Shown: positions 29,339 to 39,596 of the stretch, piece after piece
Layout: each line of letters starts with the position of its first letter
How positions within the stretch are numbered: position 1 is the first letter of the stretch
From: an uncultured bacterium
GTDB lineage: Bacteria; Hydrothermota; UBA3073; NMUJ01; CBEVQO01
Length of the DNA stretch: 64,000 bases
Reading direction: 5' to 3'
NCBI GenBank assembly: GCA_965552055.1
Contig: CBEVQO010000002.1
Span: forward strand, 384,001 to 448,000
Made by a program: the position numbers and the translations under genes
The notes under the pieces: model-generated
Databases searched by the model: none
What the model saw: the letters and a program-made list of their open reading frames with translations, nothing else
What the model was told of the DNA's origin: nothing

Positions 29339-30601
29339 TTATCGGGTTAAATCACAAATTGGTGTCCAGCCTTTTACTTCTTTTACTTTTACCCTTACGA
29401 AATCACCGATTTTAACCTCCCCCCTTATCACGCAAACTTTATCCTGACGGGTTTTGCCACGAAAATCGCTACGCTTTGCTTTGCCATCAACGAGCACTTC
29501 AAATTCTTTTCCTTCCATCTTCTTATTTATCTCTGTTGTTATTCTGTTCTGTAAACCTATCAAAATTTGCAGGCGTCTTAATCTTTCTTCTTCGGGTACT
29601 TTGGGCTCAAGTTTCACAGCAGCTGTCCCTTCTCTTTCCGAATATTTAAACATAAATGCATAATCAAATCGCACTTCTTTTACAAGATTTAAAGTTTCTT
29701 CAAAATCTTTCTCCGTTTCTGTTGGAAAGCCTACGATTATATCCGTTGTGAGGGCTAAATCTGGAATTGCTTTTCGCAGTTCTTCTACAAGTTTCAAATA
29801 TTCTTCAATTGTATATTTCCTATTCATAAGTTTAAGTATACGATTTGAGCCTGATTGCACAGGCAAATGTATTTTCTCACAAATTATATTCCTGTATTTT
29901 ACCATGACTTCGATAATATCCCGTGTGAAATATTTCGGATGGGAAGTTAAAAATCTCAGCCATTTAACTCCAGATTCCTTTGCTACCATCTCAAGCAGTT
30001 TCGCAAAATTAACCCCATTGTATTCATACTGATTTATAGATTGTCCGAGCAAAGTTATTTCTTTCACCCCTTTATCTACCAATCTTTTTGCTTCCGTAAG
30101 GATATCTTTATAAGGTCTGGAGATAAGCCTTCCTCTTACATATGGCACAATACAGTATGTGCAGTAGTTATCGCAGCCACGCATAACAGGAAGGAAAGCG
30201 GATACCCATGGCTGGTCTGCATAAATACCCGCGTAATCTTCTTTTTTCTCATCTACACATGAAATTTTTTGTGCACTTCTTATAAGTTGAGGTAGCAATC
30301 TATAATTTGATGGTCCTATTGTAATATCAGCGCTTTTTATTTTTTTTAGTTTTTGTGCCATGCAACCTGCTACAACTATTATTAAATCTGGATTTTTCTT
30401 TTTGAGACCAGAAAGCACATTTATCCTGCCGAGTGCACGCTTTTCTGCATGTTCACGCACACAACATGTGTTAACAATAATAACATCAGCATCTTTGGGA
30501 GAAGAAACCTCTTGAAAACCTTCTTTCTTCAAAATAGAGGCAATTAACCTCGAATCATAAACATTCATCTGACATCCATAGGTTATAATGTGGAATTTCA
30601 T
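29339..30601 (-). CDS. miaB: tRNA-2-methylthio-N6-dimethylallyladenosine synthase
   Basis: TYGCQMN, NTCCVRE, CDNYCTYC radical-SAM motif, HLPVQSGS, TRAM domain. Confidence 0.93.
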   Translation of the reverse strand: MKFHIITYGCQMNVYDSRLIASILKKEGFQEVSSPKDADVIIVNTCCVREHAEKRALGRINVLSGLKKKNPDLIIVVAGCMAQKLKKIKSADITIGPSNYRLLPQLIRSAQKISCVDEKKEDYAGIYADQPWVSAFLPVMRGCDNYCTYCIVPYVRGRLISRPYKDILTEAKRLVDKGVKEITLLGQSINQYEYNGVNFAKLLEMVAKESGVKWLRFLTSHPKYFTRDIIEVMVKYRNIICEKIHLPVQSGSNRILKLMNRKYTIEEYLKLVEELRKAIPDLALTTDIIVGFPTETEKDFEETLNLVKEVRFDYAFMFKYSEREGTAAVKLEPKVPEEERLRRLQILIGLQNRITTEINKKMEGKEFEVLVDGKAKRSDFRGKTRQDKVCVIRGEVKIGDFVRVKVKEVKGWTPICDLTR

Positions 30602-30607
30602 AATATT

Positions 30608-30634
30608 AAATTAACATCAAAATTGGTTTGTCAA
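30608..30634 (-). promoter_or_regulatory. promoter TTGACA-N15-TAATTT, apparently leaderless miaB
   Basis: ATG 6 nt after -10. Confidence 0.7.
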
Positions 30635-30638
30635 GTTG

Positions 30639-31028
30639 TTAGATGAAAATCACATTTGTAGTAGCAGATTTCATTTTTTCGTCAAAAGTTAAAACGCTTG
30701 CCCTTTCATTTGATGCTATGTATAGTAAGAAAGAACCAACAAAGGATAATTTATCTTTATTTGCTTTTTCAAGAGTTTCTTTAAATTCATCTCCAATAAC
30801 CCAATAAATGCGGAAATTTTCAAATATCCATTTACCAGCCTCTTTTGCTTTATCTTTTCCCATTCTTCGCCATATCAATGCAAGTGTTTCTATAAGCACC
30901 TCTGAGATTATCCATAACTCCCATTCATTATCAAGACATTTTTTAAATTTTTCAACTGCTTCTTGATGAAAATCATCGGTTTTTGATAGATAAGCATAAA
31001 TTGCAGAAGTATCAACAAATACTTTCAT
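30639..31028 (-). CDS. PIN-domain (VapC-like) toxin
   Basis: VFVDTSA, SEVLIET, LTFD; ATGA-coupled to the upstream gene when started at 31028. Confidence 0.85.
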   Translation of the reverse strand: MKVFVDTSAIYAYLSKTDDFHQEAVEKFKKCLDNEWELWIISEVLIETLALIWRRMGKDKAKEAGKWIFENFRIYWVIGDEFKETLEKANKDKLSFVGSFLLYIASNERASVLTFDEKMKSATTNVIFI

Positions 31029-31582
31029 TTGCATAACAATTCGTCATGTTTTATTGATGCTCTTTTATCTGTATCTTCGAATATTCCTTGCATTTTTAGA
31101 AAGTTTTCTCTTTTTGCTAATTTTTCAGGGTCAACTTCAACATAGAGTGGTGAACGCCCGGGTGACATTGCCACTCTAACTCCATATTTTAAAGGAATTA
31201 TTTTTTCGGGTTTACCTTTTTTAAAAACTTTTTTGGATTTTCTTTTTGGTGGAAAGTTTTTGAAAATCTTGTTTAGCAGTTTATCGCAAGCTTTATAAAA
31301 AATGTCATCGCGTTTATCAGCAAAAGCAAGTTCTACCAAATATCTTAAAATCGTTTTGTCTCTCTCATTACTTTTATCTTTTATAAATTTTTCTATCTCT
31401 TTTTTTGCCATTTTCAAGAATTCTTCAGATTCTATAAACCACAGAGGTTCTCTTTCACTATGTGTCTCTTTTTTTCTTAATAATATTTCATAAATTTCTT
31501 TTGATAACGCTTTTATCTTTTCGGGCTCTTTTTCGAACTCTCTCTCAACTATTTTAACTATTTTTTCCTTATAATCTGGCAT
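31025..31582 (-). CDS. Putative antitoxin, unusually long
   Basis: Directly upstream of and overlapping the PIN gene; C-terminal GIFEDTDKRASIKHDELL resembles VapB-type tails. Confidence 0.55.
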   Translation of the reverse strand: MPDYKEKIVKIVEREFEKEPEKIKALSKEIYEILLRKKETHSEREPLWFIESEEFLKMAKKEIEKFIKDKSNERDKTILRYLVELAFADKRDDIFYKACDKLLNKIFKNFPPKRKSKKVFKKGKPEKIIPLKYGVRVAMSPGRSPLYVEVDPEKLAKRENFLKMQGIFEDTDKRASIKHDELLCK

Positions 31583-31664
31583 ACCTTTTCACTTCTTCGC
31601 ATCTCCCAGTTATAGAAGGGACGATAAATGTTATTTATTATTACTTTCATTTTACTCTCTTTAT

Positions 31665-31691
31665 AATTTAATCCGTTAATCTGTATGTCAA
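31665..31691 (-). promoter_or_regulatory. promoter TTGACA-N15-TAAATT for the TA pair
   Basis: Read from sequence. Confidence 0.65.
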
Positions 31692-31702
31692 GGGATATTT
31701 TA

Positions 31703-32524
31703 TTAGAAATAATAGTATAGCCAGATGTTAAATGTCCCCCTTGTGAACATATCAAAGTTATATTGCCATGGATATTCCCTTTCACTAAACTCGTGTTTTT
31801 GGGTCTCTTCCACTGTCGTATAATCAGAATAAAATTTTACTCTCCTGATATATCGGCTCCTCTCGTATATATACCTTGTCTTTGATAACGAAAAAACATT
31901 TACCTTAAGAGAGATTGAAAATTTGCGTTTATTTATTTTAAAATAGTAATCGGATTTCAAATTTAAAGAGATGGAATAAATTTCATTTTTATCCTCATCT
32001 GAAGATGTGGTTGAAACCGTATCCCAGGAGGATGTCTTTTTTCTCTCTTTCATTAAAATTCTCCCTTCTTTTATCGAATAGCTGGGTGATAAGCCCATTG
32101 CTAATGAAAATGACCTTTTTACAAATATAATCTTAAAAAGTTCAAAGCCCGTAGAAAATAAATTTGCTTTATATTCTTTTTTTCTAAAAATAAATTCTAC
32201 CGTAGTATCTGTTACTGTAAATGTATCATAAATATCATTAGAATAAGTGATTGCTTCCACTGCTACGCTATCTCCATGTGTCCATTTTTTATATGCCACA
32301 TCAAAACCGAGCGATATTTTTTTAAATGGACGATATAAAATTGTATACTCTGATGGCAGATAAGCAGCAAATGACTGAAAGAGATCAATTAAATACGGCG
32401 ATACATATAAATAACTCCTTTGAGAGAAAGCACTCGATAAATTGACTCCGAACACTAATTTTCCTTTAACTTCGTCAAAAGATAAACTCTGGAAAGCCAA
32501 CCCGATTAAAAATAACCCCATCAT
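31703..32524 (-). CDS. Hypothetical outer-membrane beta-barrel protein
   Basis: Signal peptide; amphipathic strands; C-terminal YYYF. Confidence 0.6.
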   Translation of the reverse strand: MMGLFLIGLAFQSLSFDEVKGKLVFGVNLSSAFSQRSYLYVSPYLIDLFQSFAAYLPSEYTILYRPFKKISLGFDVAYKKWTHGDSVAVEAITYSNDIYDTFTVTDTTVEFIFRKKEYKANLFSTGFELFKIIFVKRSFSLAMGLSPSYSIKEGRILMKERKKTSSWDTVSTTSSDEDKNEIYSISLNLKSDYYFKINKRKFSISLKVNVFSLSKTRYIYERSRYIRRVKFYSDYTTVEETQKHEFSEREYPWQYNFDMFTRGTFNIWLYYYF

Positions 32525-32544
32525 TAATGGTTAAAAATCATTTG

Positions 32545-33411
32545 TTAATGCTTTTTTAAAATTTTTGCAAAGTCAGGGTCGTATTCTTTTAACTTTTCTA
32601 TTTGTCTATCATACCAGCTCTTTGATTTTCTAGCGAATATATGTCTCTTTGACGATTTACTTTCTATATCAATGTGCACATTTTTGGCTGAATTTTTCGC
32701 CCAGAAATATCCTGTGCCGTTACCTGTCACATTTCCTCCTATAGTGCGACCTATCCATGGGCCACTTATTGCAGTGACTGATATCTCTCCACTTCCATAA
32801 AATACGCTATCAACATATGCTGGGAAAAGCCTTTTTGCTGGAATTAAAACAGAAGTGCCTGTTTGTTCGATTGTGGTATCAAAGTCAAACCAGTCCTCAT
32901 AACCACTTGTATCACGATAATCGTACCATATAGAAATACATATCTCGTAATAGTCTGCACCAGTAGCTTCATCCCAACTTATATTTAAATCTTTATTTTG
33001 ATGCAAAGTATCATCCTCGCTGGGTGAAGTTATCTCAAAATCACCCGGTAATGTCACTGTTGCCTCTGCTGTGCCATCAGAGTGATAAACCTTTAGCTTT
33101 AATTCTTTACCAGGTTCATAATCGCATTTATCCTTAGACCACTCACTATACCAACCGTACTCTCCCCAACTATAGTAATAACCAAGTTTGAGTGTATCAT
33201 CGTTTATCGTAACTACCGGCACCAAACGAGTACCATCAACTTCAACATACGCTTTTGTCCGTCTCTCGTCATCCCCATAATAACTTCTATTAACATATCC
33301 CATAATCGCTGTTCCGAAACTGATTGTTGTAGCGCCTTCCTCTTTTTTACACCCGTAAGTGGCTCCGAGCACCAATGCCACAACCCCCACAATTTTAACA
33401 ACATGCTTCAT
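32545..33411 (-). CDS. Hypothetical lipoprotein
   Basis: Lipobox ATYGC; Ig/FN3-like WDEATGADYY segment; SD GGAGGGGG. Confidence 0.7.
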   Translation of the reverse strand: MKHVVKIVGVVALVLGATYGCKKEEGATTISFGTAIMGYVNRSYYGDDERRTKAYVEVDGTRLVPVVTINDDTLKLGYYYSWGEYGWYSEWSKDKCDYEPGKELKLKVYHSDGTAEATVTLPGDFEITSPSEDDTLHQNKDLNISWDEATGADYYEICISIWYDYRDTSGYEDWFDFDTTIEQTGTSVLIPAKRLFPAYVDSVFYGSGEISVTAISGPWIGRTIGGNVTGNGTGYFWAKNSAKNVHIDIESKSSKRHIFARKSKSWYDRQIEKLKEYDPDFAKILKKH

Positions 33412-33431
33412 TACCCCCTCCCTTTTATTGA

Positions 33432-33458
33432 ATCATAATCACCCTATGAGTTTGTCAA
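33432..33458 (-). promoter_or_regulatory. promoter TTGACA-N15-TATGAT, short leader with SD
   Basis: Read from sequence. Confidence 0.7.
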
Positions 33459-33477
33459 TAAAAATTTTTAAAAATTT

Positions 33478-36300
33478 TTATTTTACTACGGACAAAGGCA
33501 AATTATTATCAAAATCGCCGTCTAAATCCGGGTTTTGCTTTCCTGCTGTTGCATTTCTCACCCTTTTATAAACCCAGTTGTATAATTCTCTCAGACGAAC
33601 AAATCCATCCCTATCTGTATCTGCCGAGCCCCGTAACCCTTTTATCAAATAATAGGTGAAAACGCCGTGATTATCCCATTTCTCTCCTTCAAAGGATACT
33701 TCACCAGCACTTGAGGCAGACATCACCGCCAAACTCCTGCGTGAAAGCGCAAGCTCTTCTATCAACTGCGAAACAAGATAATGTATCAATCCTCTCTTTA
33801 AACCGATTTCATCAATAAAACCACCAGAATGACAGGCATCTATGAAGAACACAATCTTACCTGCACGCGATAATTTAAGCAACCGTATAATATCCGAACT
33901 CGGAATGCCTGTAGCTGCTATTTTATCTGTTTCCGCATCATAGGGCAAAAAGTATAACTCATTGGCATAAGGAATACCGTGCAAAGCAAGATAACAAATA
34001 ACCATGTCATCTTTTCCTGCTCCTTTTAAAACCTTCTCAAAAGCATCAACTATATTTTTTCTGCTCGCTTTTTTATCTATTAAAAACCATATTTTATCAG
34101 GTGTAGCCCCGATAAACGGACTTTTCACAAGTTTATAAAAAGAAAGAGCATCGTTTGAAGCAGCCTTTAAGCGCAAGGATTTTTCCCTGTAATTTGAAAT
34201 CCCTATCACTATCGCCCAAATGGTAGGCAAAGAAAATTCCCTTCTGTCAATTACAAATTCATAAGAAGATTTTAAACCTTCCACATCTTCCGCTTCTATC
34301 CTCACATAATTTCTGCCTTCTCTTAACTTTATCTTCTCACTTATTTTATAAACTTTGCCAAAAATTTTCTTTTGTTTTAGTACCATGCCTCTTACTTCTT
34401 TTTTATTAAGGAAAATTTTCACATCCTTTATTCCCTTATCATCGAAAACCGCTCCATAAATTTCGTAAAATTCTTTATCTGTCTTCACATAAGAATCTTT
34501 TGGTTTGCTTATGGCAATTATTGGTGGGTTTTTCAAAAATATTCTGTAATATCTTATTTTTGGCTTTTCTTTTAAAATTTTGATTTTCTCCAGATTTTCT
34601 TTTCTTATCCATCCCGATAATCCTTTTTCTTCTATTTTAACCCATTCACCCATTTTTGCGGAAATAACTATATTTTGTCCAGAATCAATTTCTGCAATAA
34701 CAGGTAAGAAATCGCCTGCACCTGCATAAACTTTGACCCTGCTTTTTGTTCTGTAAAAATCTTTCACTTTCACAATTTTTGAAGGACGCATTTTTACAGG
34801 TAATTTTATATTAAATTCCCTTTTTATTCCCCAGAATTTATCAAAAATTTCAATTTTTAGAGGGATTTCTTTCCCTTTATATGCTGGTTTGCATGAAAAA
34901 TAAAATTTTGCTATTTTAACCTCCTGCGGATAGATTTTGCCAATTTCTTTTTCGGTCTTTGTGTGAAATTCAATATTTTTATAGTTTTTTGGTTTTATTT
35001 TAATTTTGACATCTCTACCTTCACCTGCACCTATATTTTTTACAAAAACATAAAGATTTATTCCTTCACCAGGTTGCACTATTCCATCGCCATTTCCCGG
35101 CTGGTCTTTAACCCTGTAAATGCAGGTAAAATCAGGATGTGGTAAACCCTCAACATAAATTTCTGTTCCTATATCCTGTGGATAATATCCATTATATTCT
35201 GTGAATTTTATTTCCAGAGGTATTTTTTGGGATTTTAAAGTTTCAGGTATTTCACAAATTAAAGATTTTGTGATTTCTTCTCCGGGTTTTAATCTTCCGA
35301 TTTCAAATTTTAAACCATTGAATATTTTTGACCTCGATTTTACAATTGCTTTTAAGCCATAAAATGTTCCGTCACCAATATTTTTTATTTTTAATTTCAG
35401 TAAAATTGACTCTCCTGCTCTTATGTGGTTACCGGGAAGTATCTGCAGGTCGCACCGAGCATAAGGCGTGCCACCCGGTTCTCCATGAAGATCGAGCAAA
35501 CTTAAAACTTTAAATTCATAAATCGGGCAAAAATCAACATTTTTAACTTTTAAAGTATAATTACCAGAAGGAGCATCTTCATCAATCTTTATCCTGACAG
35601 GAATTGATACCGCTTCACCAGGTTCTAACTCTTTTACTCTCTTCAAAACAGAAACTTCTGCATGATTTAACAAACTGCCTTCAAGAATCAAAGGAAAACT
35701 CTCAGATTTTAGATTCCCTCTATTCTCAATTTCTATATTGAGCATTTGATATTCTCCTGCTTCGAGTACTTTCTTTTTTGCATATATTTCTGCATATAAT
35801 TCTGGCGTATATTTTTTTATTTTCAAAGACCTTATCTCACCGAGCATTATTCCTGCTGATAAGAAAGGAGATATTTTTCCTTTTGTAAACTCTGCACCTG
35901 CTGATAATTCACCCGATATAACTCCTTTGCAGAACCTAACGCTTAAATTTGCTCTCCCTGTTTTCAATGTATCAAAAGGCTTTTGTAAATTTTGTGTCGC
36001 CCATCCGCACAGAGATAAATTTAAAAATGTGGAAAATTCGATTTGACCTGTTTTAAATGTTTTACCAAAAAGTGATAGGTAAAGATTTACAGGTAAAAAT
36101 AGGAATTTCTGACCAGAATCTATAAATGCTTCGCAGATGGAAGTGCCGATGCCTATCCCGGGAAAACCAGTACCCACGCTCATTCTTCCTGCTTTTATTT
36201 CTTTTTGATATTGATTTGCACCCAGATAAATGTAATCAAAGGAAATCCAGCCTTCGGGTTTATACTTTACCTGTAAAAGCAAAAAAAATATCCACATCAT
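33478..36300 (-). CDS. Exported caspase-like (C14) peptidase with Ig/CARDB-like and SH3-like domains
   Basis: WAIVIGISNY, ALHG (His), IDACHSG (Cys), HGVFTYYL..GLRG.AD; signal peptide. Confidence 0.85.
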   Translation of the reverse strand: MMWIFFLLLQVKYKPEGWISFDYIYLGANQYQKEIKAGRMSVGTGFPGIGIGTSICEAFIDSGQKFLFLPVNLYLSLFGKTFKTGQIEFSTFLNLSLCGWATQNLQKPFDTLKTGRANLSVRFCKGVISGELSAGAEFTKGKISPFLSAGIMLGEIRSLKIKKYTPELYAEIYAKKKVLEAGEYQMLNIEIENRGNLKSESFPLILEGSLLNHAEVSVLKRVKELEPGEAVSIPVRIKIDEDAPSGNYTLKVKNVDFCPIYEFKVLSLLDLHGEPGGTPYARCDLQILPGNHIRAGESILLKLKIKNIGDGTFYGLKAIVKSRSKIFNGLKFEIGRLKPGEEITKSLICEIPETLKSQKIPLEIKFTEYNGYYPQDIGTEIYVEGLPHPDFTCIYRVKDQPGNGDGIVQPGEGINLYVFVKNIGAGEGRDVKIKIKPKNYKNIEFHTKTEKEIGKIYPQEVKIAKFYFSCKPAYKGKEIPLKIEIFDKFWGIKREFNIKLPVKMRPSKIVKVKDFYRTKSRVKVYAGAGDFLPVIAEIDSGQNIVISAKMGEWVKIEEKGLSGWIRKENLEKIKILKEKPKIRYYRIFLKNPPIIAISKPKDSYVKTDKEFYEIYGAVFDDKGIKDVKIFLNKKEVRGMVLKQKKIFGKVYKISEKIKLREGRNYVRIEAEDVEGLKSSYEFVIDRREFSLPTIWAIVIGISNYREKSLRLKAASNDALSFYKLVKSPFIGATPDKIWFLIDKKASRKNIVDAFEKVLKGAGKDDMVICYLALHGIPYANELYFLPYDAETDKIAATGIPSSDIIRLLKLSRAGKIVFFIDACHSGGFIDEIGLKRGLIHYLVSQLIEELALSRRSLAVMSASSAGEVSFEGEKWDNHGVFTYYLIKGLRGSADTDRDGFVRLRELYNWVYKRVRNATAGKQNPDLDGDFDNNLPLSVVK

Positions 36301-36363
36301 TTATTATTCGATTTTAAATTTTACAACTTTATTTTTTTCGAGATTTTTTATTTTGAGAGATAT

Positions 36364-39300
36364 TCACCTTTCGAATCTTCCGCAGCAGTGTTTGTATTTT
36401 TTACCGCTACCGCATGGACATGGGTCATTTCTTCCAACTTTTTTATGTGGTCTCCTGTATGGCTCTGATGTGGTACCAACAGGTTGTGGACGCTGAGGTT
36501 CTGCTGGTTTCACCCCAAGTGCCTCTGGTGTAAGGTCTGAAAGGCGCTGTACTTCGGGCTTGTATGCAACCATTGGACGCTTTTTCTCTTCCTCCGGTAT
36601 AATAAATCTTAAACCAAATAAATGCCTTATAGTTTCTCTGTTAATCTGGGACAATAATTCTTCAAACATCGCAAATGCTTCATGCTTATACTCTACAAGG
36701 GGATCACGCTGAGCGTATCCCCTTAAACCTATCCCTTCTCTCAATGCATCAAGTTCATAAAGATGTTCACGCCACTTCCTATCAAGAGTGAAAAGTAAAA
36801 CCTGTTTCTCCAGCTCTCTCATATTCTCTTCTCCAAGTTCTTCTTCTCTTTGCTTATAAAGTGCAAAAATTGTTTCTTTAATTGTTCGCTCTATTTCATC
36901 TCGCTTTTTCTCAAGTAATTTTTCTTTCGGAACAACTATATCAACAAGGAATACATCCCGAATCTCAGAAAGCATTCCTTCAATATTCCATTCATCCGGG
37001 TCTTTTGAACTCAAATGTTTGTCAAAAATTTCTTCGAGAGTTTCCTCTATCATCTCTTTTACTCTCTCTTTTAAATTATCTTCTGCAAGAATCTGGTCTC
37101 TCATCTTATAAATCGTTTCTCTTTGTTTATTCAACACATCGTCGTATTCAAGTAGATGCTTTCTAATCCCAAAGTGAAATTTTTCCACTCTCTTTTGTGC
37201 ATTTTCTATTGATTTTGTAACCCATTTATGCTCTATTGGCTGGTCATCTTTCATTCCGAATCTTTCCATTATCGGTATCATCCTGTCACCACCGAACAAT
37301 CTCATCAAATCATCTTCAAGGGATACATAGAAGCGCACAGAACCTGGGTCGCCCTGTCTTGCGCATCTACCAGCGAGCTGAAGGTCTATTCGCCTTGCTT
37401 CGTGCCTTTCCGAACCTATTATATGTAAGCCACATTTTGGTTTTTCTCTGCATTCTTTTTTACATTGATTACGCCATTCTTTGTTTTTTCTTTTCTCTTC
37501 ATCAGGACAATTATCGCATCCCACAGTTTTTTCGAACTCACAGTTTATACAGCATTGTTTGCATTTCACAACTCCAGGTCCCAGTTTTATATCTGTTCCT
37601 CTTCCTGCCATATTTGTAGCAATTGTTACTTTGCCTTTTTGACCTGCCAGTGCAACGATTTCTGCTTCCCTCTGGTGATGCTTTGCATTCAAAACTTCGT
37701 GCTTTATGCCCCTTCTTTTTAGCATCCTCGATAACATCTCTGACACTTCAACCGATGTCGTTCCAATTAAAATTGGTCTCCCTGTTTTGTGGACTTCTTC
37801 TATTTCTTTCATTATTGCTCTGTATTTCTCTCTCTTTGTCTTATAAACTTTATCATCAAACCATACTCTTCTTACTGGCTTATGTGTCGGTATTTGCACC
37901 ACTTCGAGTTTATAAATTGTCCAGAATTCTTCTGCTTCTGTATGCGCTGTTCCTGTCATTCCTGCCAGTTTTTCATACATTCTAAAATAGTTTTGCAAAG
38001 TTATTGTGGCAAGAGTTTGGGTTTCTTCTTCAATTTTTACACCTTCTTTTGCTTCGAGTGCCTGATGTAAACCATCCGAATATCTTCTTCCTGGCATCAA
38101 TCTACCTGTAAATTCATCAACGATTATCACTTTGCCATTTTGCACAACATATTCAACATCGCGTTCAAACAGGGTATATGCTTTTATAAGCTGGGTTATG
38201 GCATGTGCCCTTTCTGCCTTCTCTGCATATTCTCTTTGTATTCTCTGTTTTTCAAAGAATTTCTCTCTTGGTGATAAATTCGGGTCTTTATCTACTTTTT
38301 TCAGTTCTGTTGCTAAATCCGGTAATTTGAAAAATTCTGGGTCACCATGGGCTAACTCTTTTCTACCCATCTCCGAAATATTCACAGTATGAGCTTTTTC
38401 ATCTATTGCGAAATATAATTGCTCATCAAGTTCATGCAGTTTTTTCTCCCTCATATATTCTGCTTCAACTTCTTCTATAAGGCGTTTGATTCGTGCTTCC
38501 TGTTCCAGCTTCATTAACCTTTTGTGTTTGGGCATTCCTCTTTTTGCTATCAACAATTTTTTACCTGCTTCTTTTTCTTTACCTTCCTTTAATAAGCGTT
38601 CGGCTTCTGCTACTATTTTGTTTATCAAATCCCTCTGTAATGCTACAACTCTTCTAACTCTTGGGTTTAATTTTTGATATGTTTTATTCAAAACAGATTC
38701 AACAGGTCCTGAAATTATGAGAGGGGTTCTTGCTTCGTCAATCAAGATACTATCAACTTCGTCAACGATTGCATAATGATGACCACGCTGTACTTTGTCT
38801 TCTAATCTCAAAACCATATTATCACGCAAATAGTCAAATCCAAATTCATTATTTGTTCCATAGGTTATATCGCAATTATACTGGGGCTTTCTGTCTTCCG
38901 GTCCCATGCCCATTTGTATCACGCCAACGGTCAATCCGAGAAGTTCATAAACAGGTCCCATCCATTCTTTATCACGGCGTGCAAGGTAATCGTTTACAGT
39001 TACAAGATGACATGAGCCCCGAGGTTTTCCATCCACCATGAAATCTCTTTCACCTTTAAGACCTCTTGCTCTGTGAATAACAGCGTTTAAATAAAGTGGC
39101 ATGGTTGCTACGAGTGTTTTTCCTTCGCCTGTTGCCATCTCTGCGATTTTACCCTGATGCAAAACTATCGCTCCAAGCAACTGCACATCATAGGGAATCA
39201 TATTCCAGTCCCAGAAATGTCCCGTCACCTTCCATTTTTTACCACAGAGTATCTCGCATGCGAGTTTTACAAGAGCATAAGCTTCATAAAGTATTTTTTC

Positions 39301-39549
39301 ATCGGGATTTTCACCATCTGCAATTCTCTTCACAAATTCTTCCGTCATCCAGAAATCTCCTGCTTCTTCCTGTGTTTCTCCAGAATATCTTGCTACTACG
39401 AGTTTTGCACGCTCTTCGAGTTCGTTTCTCAATTTCGTGTCATTCCTTAATTTTTCGTAGATTTCATTTATCCTTTTTACCTGTGGCCATAACTTTTTGA
39501 GTGCACGCTCATTGGCTGTGCCAAAAATTTTGGTCAAAAGATTTAACAT
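36364..39549 (-). CDS. secA: Protein translocase ATPase SecA
   Basis: MATGEGKT, DEVDSILIDEARTPLIISG, TNMAGRGTDI, SEC-C GRNDPCPCGSGKKYKHCC. Confidence 0.98.
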   Translation of the reverse strand: MLNLLTKIFGTANERALKKLWPQVKRINEIYEKLRNDTKLRNELEERAKLVVARYSGETQEEAGDFWMTEEFVKRIADGENPDEKILYEAYALVKLACEILCGKKWKVTGHFWDWNMIPYDVQLLGAIVLHQGKIAEMATGEGKTLVATMPLYLNAVIHRARGLKGERDFMVDGKPRGSCHLVTVNDYLARRDKEWMGPVYELLGLTVGVIQMGMGPEDRKPQYNCDITYGTNNEFGFDYLRDNMVLRLEDKVQRGHHYAIVDEVDSILIDEARTPLIISGPVESVLNKTYQKLNPRVRRVVALQRDLINKIVAEAERLLKEGKEKEAGKKLLIAKRGMPKHKRLMKLEQEARIKRLIEEVEAEYMREKKLHELDEQLYFAIDEKAHTVNISEMGRKELAHGDPEFFKLPDLATELKKVDKDPNLSPREKFFEKQRIQREYAEKAERAHAITQLIKAYTLFERDVEYVVQNGKVIIVDEFTGRLMPGRRYSDGLHQALEAKEGVKIEEETQTLATITLQNYFRMYEKLAGMTGTAHTEAEEFWTIYKLEVVQIPTHKPVRRVWFDDKVYKTKREKYRAIMKEIEEVHKTGRPILIGTTSVEVSEMLSRMLKRRGIKHEVLNAKHHQREAEIVALAGQKGKVTIATNMAGRGTDIKLGPGVVKCKQCCINCEFEKTVGCDNCPDEEKRKNKEWRNQCKKECREKPKCGLHIIGSERHEARRIDLQLAGRCARQGDPGSVRFYVSLEDDLMRLFGGDRMIPIMERFGMKDDQPIEHKWVTKSIENAQKRVEKFHFGIRKHLLEYDDVLNKQRETIYKMRDQILAEDNLKERVKEMIEETLEEIFDKHLSSKDPDEWNIEGMLSEIRDVFLVDIVVPKEKLLEKKRDEIERTIKETIFALYKQREEELGEENMRELEKQVLLFTLDRKWREHLYELDALREGIGLRGYAQRDPLVEYKHEAFAMFEELLSQINRETIRHLFGLRFIIPEEEKKRPMVAYKPEVQRLSDLTPEALGVKPAEPQRPQPVGTTSEPYRRPHKKVGRNDPCPCGSGKKYKHCCGRFER

Positions 39550-39567
39550 CTTGCCCCCCTATCAATA

Positions 39568-39594
39568 AATTTAATTAAATTTTTATAAAGTCAA
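39568..39594 (-). promoter_or_regulatory. promoter TTGACT-N15-TAAATT for secA
   Basis: Followed by a G-rich SD. Confidence 0.7.
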
Positions 39595-39596
39595 GC

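Noticed and set aside
29208..29357. 13-nt direct repeat ggttaaatcacaa (29208 and 29345, in the miaB 3' end) as an att or deletion scar
   Set aside because: Short and AT-rich with nothing mobile between the copies; chance cannot be excluded.
31558..31650. 30-codon ORF MKVIINNIYRPF... just after the TA promoter
   Set aside because: No clear SD or motif and it overlaps the antitoxin out of frame; not enough support.
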